64,000 bases of DNA from positions 19,157,593-19,221,592 of the forward strand of contig CM119270.1 in NCBI GenBank assembly GCA_051294375.1, given 5' to 3'. How positions within the stretch are numbered: position 1 is the first letter of the stretch; each line of letters opens with the position of its first letter. Positions 59,768 to 64,000 of the stretch are shown here, piece by piece. The position numbers were made by a program, and so were the translations under genes. The DNA is from Paraspadella gotoi (lineage: Eukaryota > Animalia > Chaetognatha). The notes under the pieces are model-generated. The model was not told where the DNA came from and did no database searches. It saw only the letters and a list, made by a program, of their open reading frames with translations.

Positions 59768-60730
59768 TTATTTCCCGATCGTCAATCTTGCTAAGCAGTC
59801 AATTTTTGCAAGATTCAATAATTCCATCACTATCCTTCCGATTACAACGAACAAAATAATTGATAGTAAAAACTTGATCATTTTTAGATCGTAATCATTT
59901 TCCCTGGTCGCACATACAAAATGAATTGATATTAGAACGTTTTAGTAGTAATAAAAAAAAATTGAAAAAAAGACAATCTCACTTTTGACACTCCTTTCCC
60001 GTTCACGCCTTCGAAATCGCTTCATTTGTTGGTAGGATGATTCGATTCGATTCGTTGGTTCCGTCGGTAATGTTTGATTTGTCTCTCCCTTTGTCATTGC
60101 CGTTGTCATTGTTTGTTCGTGACTAGTCGTTGTTATTGTCATTGTTTGTTCGTGATTAGTCGTTGTATTTGGCTTTGTCATTGTGGTTTTATTTTTGGTC
60201 ATCGTTGTTGGATTTGGCTGTGTCATTGTCATCGTCATTGGCCTCGTCATTGTCATTGGCCTTGTCATTGTCATCGTCATTGGCCTCATCGTTGGCCTTG
60301 TCATTGTCATCGTCGTTGGCCTTGTCATTGTCATCGTTTGTTTGTGACTCCTCGTCGTGTTTTTATTTTCGGTTGTCGTTATTGTCCTTGGTATTGTCAT
60401 TGTTGGCTTTGTTTTTGTCATATTCGTTGTTTTCGTGATTTTGTTTTTAGTCGTTGTTATTGTTGTTGGAATCGTTATTTGAATTGTAGTTTTTGTTGGT
60501 TTTTTAGCTTTTGTCGGTGTGATCAACGGTGTCGTCGACGACGGTCGTTTCCACGGCGGTAGTAAATCACCAGGCCCATTGGTTTTTACCTAATTATACC
60601 ATTCTTCTTTTTAGTAGCTCAAATTTAAAATCACAGACAAATTACTCACGTCTTCGGGCCCTATTATGCTGTCTCCCTTTATGATCGCCCATGTGTAAAC
60701 AAAAACGTACAAAAAAGTCGTTCGTTTCAT
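59768..60730 (-). CDS. Candidate spliced cargo gene: signal peptide, Thr-rich mucin-like repeat region and possible TM helix (may be decayed)
   Basis: Exon 60730-60650 MKRTTFLYVFVYTWAIIKGDSIIGPED|GTGAGT and a 60-nt intron join the Thr-rich ORF in phase 0. The putative last exon 59903-59768 (FLLSIILFVVIG) needs a 1-nt phase correction. Confidence 0.45.
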
Positions 60731-61100
60731 CGTTTTTTTATGAGTAAAACTACTTTGGAAAGAGTCAGAGACAGAGAAAGACGAAAATTAGAGAAAGAAG
60801 TCACTTACTAGACAAATAACCGGACTTTAATCATTTACAAAAAAAATCATTGATAAGAGATTATTTTTTTTGGCTAGTTAAAAGAATTTATTTTTTACTC
60901 GCCTATTTACACTGCGAAAAGATTATCAAGAGGCTAGTCAAGATTTATTTTATTTACTTGGTCACGTTCGTCATTCAAACAAGGTGAGGTTATATTTTGC
61001 AATCGTTTTCTTTACCTATAAAAGAAAATGACCTTTTGATTCTCGATCTACGTTCGCTCGTAATTTTTTTTTCCTTTTTACCATTTTCTTTCTTTTTTAT

Positions 61101-61203
61101 ATGGAGGATTTTCCACAATTTAACGGAGACTTCTTCTTTCTAAATTGCCCAATTTGTTTCACGGAATTTAAACAAAATAGTAAAATATATCGTTGCATCC
61201 AAG
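61101..61203 (+). pseudogene. First exon of a SINA/Siah-type RING finger protein, remainder decayed
   Basis: MEDFPQFNGDFFFLNCPICFTEFKQNSKIYRCIQG|GTAACT matches CPxC...IYxCxxGH. Confidence 0.5.
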
Positions 61204-61551
61204 GTAACTTTTTAAACGATAAATCTTTTATTTTAGTTTCCTAAATGTCCGTGAGAGGGCGTTAATTTTCATTATAAAAAAACAAATGATCATGACAACA
61301 TTTTCTTTTTTATATGTTTGTTTGATTAATTTTAATTAATTAATTGTTGTCCCAATATACACTGTAAATACACTAACATTAAACTGTTCCGATTCCCCTA
61401 AGCCTTCTTGAAGTTTGAGGAGGTTGCCATTGGTCAATTTGACCAAGAAAAAAAAAGTATAAAAAGTTTCATTTTTTTTAGAATTCTGAAAATAAAAAAA
61501 AACGCCAATAAGTATAAATATCAGAAAAAAATCCCAAAAAATATTAATTCT

Positions 61552-62316
61552 ATGTCTATCATGGATTTATCCCAAAAACCGTCACACTGCTGCGACTTGG
61601 GAGCGCCATTCAGTTGTCTGGTCGTCGGCTCAACGATGAGGTAAGTTATCATTACATAAAAAGTTTAAACAATGTTTCAAGATTCCCACATGTGTATTTT
61701 TTTTAGTGGAAAAACGACTTTAATTCTACGGCTTTTGCGTGATATATCAAGCGTCTGTTCTACCCCAGTTAACAAAATAACATATTTTTATGAACAGTTC
61801 AAGGCTAAAGAGGAAATTCCAAATATTGAATTTCGTCAAGGGGCGGATGAATCCTACTTCTCCGATAATGTAGAAGATGAAATACCCACCGATGGTCAAG
61901 AGGGGTTACCTCATAATATCATCGTATTAGATGACAATCTGAAATCGTATTCAAAAAATTGGTTGATGATAGCCTTTTCGGTGATGATTCATCATAAAAA
62001 AACGTCTATCATAGCCGTCTCTCACGAGATTTTTTCACAGACAAATAAAGAATTACGTTTTATCCAAGGTCAGTGCTCATATTTAATCTTATGTAATCTG
62101 AGGAGGGATTGCTCATCTCTCATTCACCTCGGCAGACAATTGGAGCCAAGATGTCCCTTAAGTTTACTGGAAATATTTGACAACATTAAGGCTCAAGATA
62201 AGTTCAATTATTTATTAATTAATATTCACAATTTAGGTAATCAAGAAATTCAGTATATAAGCAACTTTTTACCTTCTGATCCTTATTTCACTCAAGTTTA
62301 TTTTGTTAAAAAATGA
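61552..62316 (+). CDS. Polinton packaging ATPase, copy 2, one intron, uninterrupted after splicing (232 aa)
   Basis: Exons 61552-61640 (AG|GTAAGT) and 61707-62316 (ttttttttag|TGGA) total 699 nt. Motifs: PFSCLVVGSTM-S|GKTT, IIVLDD, IHH, RFIQGQCSYLIL..RD, LGRQLEP, YLLIN. Confidence 0.9.
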
Positions 62317-62670
62317 ATTCTTCCGTAGCCGTGAAAGATTCAAAGAAAATCTTCCGTTCTTGAATCAAATCAAAAAATTAACCGCTTCTCAACAAAGAAA
62401 AGTTTTAAAATTAGCACCTAAAGATTTTCTTCTCACCCTCAGCGACATTTGTTTAAACATATTAAAAGAAAACATAAAATTAAAACCGTCACAAATAGAA
62501 AAACTAAGAAAGTTTAAACACATTTACACGGATTATCTTAAAAAGAACCTCTTTGAAGCAAAGAAAGAAATTCGTTCAGAAAGGTGGGTTCCTCTCAACT
62601 GTTCTTTCCTTTTACCATTGGCTGCTATGTTAATTAACCAAATAGTTCAATCTACCAAAAAAAAAGTAAT
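62313..62670 (+). pseudogene. Small basic core-like protein, copy 2
   Basis: RERFKENLPFL...LSDICLNILKENIKL, and after a frameshift KFVQKGGFLSTVL. It is homologous to 54388-54783. Confidence 0.75.
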
Positions 62671-62674
62671 AATA

Positions 62675-63025
62675 ATGACTCAAAAAAAAACAACCCTTAA
62701 GATTCAACAAAAAGATGTTTCTTATTTCAGAAAGAGATCTTAATAATTATGGATTGGATAAAAATAAACAGGAGATTAAAAAAAAAGATTTACCTGATGA
62801 TATAAAAGTTCACACATTGAACAACGAGTTTATTCGTTCCAAGGCCCACGAAGAAGTTTTAGAAGCCCAGAATTTGGCCCATCTGCAATCAAAGGTACAA
62901 CCAATTTTATAATCTTTGTCGTCTTTCGGTTCTCCCGATTTAAATTCACAGCTGACAAACTCGTTACAATTCATCCCTAATGTAAAGATCAAAAACAATC
63001 AGGTTTTTCTCGATGATAACTTGAC
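62675..63025 (+). pseudogene. ORF3 homologue, copy 2, truncated
   Basis: MFLISERDL...LPDDIKVHTLNNEFIRSK aligns with MFLVSA*DF...IPEDCYMINFNSEFLKSK. Confidence 0.6.
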
Positions 63026-63049
63026 AGACCGACGAAGATCTTAACCGGA

Positions 63050-63500
63050 CTTTCACCGTCCCAAGTTCACTGGAATCCTGATAAATATGAAAAAAGAGTT
63101 AGGGAAAATTATTTGCTTCGGTCTAGAATACACAGAGAATAAGAAAATATTATAAAACAAAAGAAAAACTTAATGTGGGAGATTCTGTGCTTTTGGCTAA
63201 ACCCAAAACATTACGGAGTCCCAGAGGTTATCATTCTCCTTTCGACGCTTCCCAGATTTTCAAAATAAAATCAAAATTAAACTCGACGCCGCCCATTTTT
63301 AAATTGGTCAACTCAGAAAGGAATGATCATAAAGGCGTTTTTTACCGATACAGTTTGGCTAAAATAAATCCAACTAATTTTTCCGACTTTTATTCATTAA
63401 ATCCCGTGAGAAAAAGAAAAAGTGGAGAAAAATATTTCTAGTTTCAAAACTGGGTGAAACCAAATCAAACTGGATCGATAAAAAAACAATTAAAAAATGA
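63050..63500 (+). pseudogene. Polinton integrase C-terminal (SH3-like plus chromo-like) fragment
   Basis: KLNVGDSVLLAK...RGY...QIFKI...PPIFKLVN...KGVFY..SLAKI, followed by a frameshifted YFLV.KLG...NWI. Confidence 0.75.
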
Positions 63501-64000
63501 TGAAAAGGGATTTTATGGTCAGGCTGTGAAGCTCGGACAGTAAACAATATTTCCCATCTAATTCCTCATCAAATTTCACGAATTTGCTGCCAGAAAGTAT
63601 CATCATACCTCCAGAGATCCCTTATGAGGTTGGGGTCTCCGAGTTATCCTACGTGGATGACTTTGAGAACATCGTTCCTGGAAGACTAAATGTCGTAAGG
63701 GTAATACAATTTATAAAAAAGAAGAGAGATAAGTGTCTTTATTTAAAACTCATTTGCTCGGATCGGACAGCTTTTCAAGACAAATTTTCACATGGGAGAG
63801 AAGACTACTTACAAGGGTATTAAATCTTCCAAAGGGACGACTTCCGTCCAACGGTTGCATTGACTTGACTTTGACGAGTGGGCCAAAAATGGATATACCA
63901 TCTGGAATATAGGTAAAGAAGATTAAAATTAATTTCGTATGAAAAAACTACACTTAAATTTCCTCCCTTTTTTTTTCAGGAACTCCTTATTGGACCCCTT
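63497..64000 (+). pseudogene. Polinton minor capsid protein (penton), 5' part, with a probable intron 63913-63979
   Basis: MMKRDFMVRL*SSDSKQYFPSNSSSNFTNLLPESI...YEVGVSELSY matches the penton N-terminal pattern. Internal stops are present. Splice signals: AG|GTAAAG ... ttttttttcag|G. Confidence 0.8.

Larger units (their letters stand above)
53567..64000. mobile_element. Cluster of decayed Polinton/Maverick (adintovirus-like) endogenous viral elements; may begin at ~48830 and continues past the window end
   Basis: Remnants of all hallmark genes are recognisable: packaging ATPase (x2), rve integrase (x2 fragments), adenain-type protease, major capsid, penton and pPolB N-terminus. Confidence 0.93.

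Noticed and set aside
60074-60562. Cys/His-rich 162-aa plus-strand ORF resembling a metallothionein
   Set aside because: It is the antisense reading of the tgtcat/cgtcat repeat. The minus-strand Thr-rich frame has the splice and signal-peptide support.

Overview
AT-rich, microsatellite-laden eukaryotic (animal-like) scaffold with N gaps and signs of long-read gap filling. The first ~48.5 kb holds spliced host genes reconstructed by hand: an XK-related (XKR/CED-8-type) membrane protein gene on the minus strand running off the left edge (partly duplicated across a 25-N gap), a complete 7-exon rhodopsin-class peptide GPCR (9678-14493), a reticulon gene with at least four candidate alternative 5' exons and two cassette exons (15997-37262), an unidentified spliced minus-strand gene (42886-44545), and a two-exon gene with two Disabled-like PTB domains (45264-48454). 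From ~48.8 kb to the right edge lies a cluster of decayed Polinton/Maverick (adintovirus-like) endogenous virus sequence. It contains two divergent copies of an ATPase / small basic core protein / ORF3 / integrase cassette (the second followed by a penton), an inverted block of pPolB, major capsid and adenain-protease fragments, candidate cargo genes and ETS/CRE repeat arrays. The most striking observation is that the viral core genes carry short GT-AG introns of 66-72 nt. Both packaging ATPases have an intron inside the Walker A motif, at positions only 2 nt apart. All homology calls come from motif recognition by eye; no database search was run.
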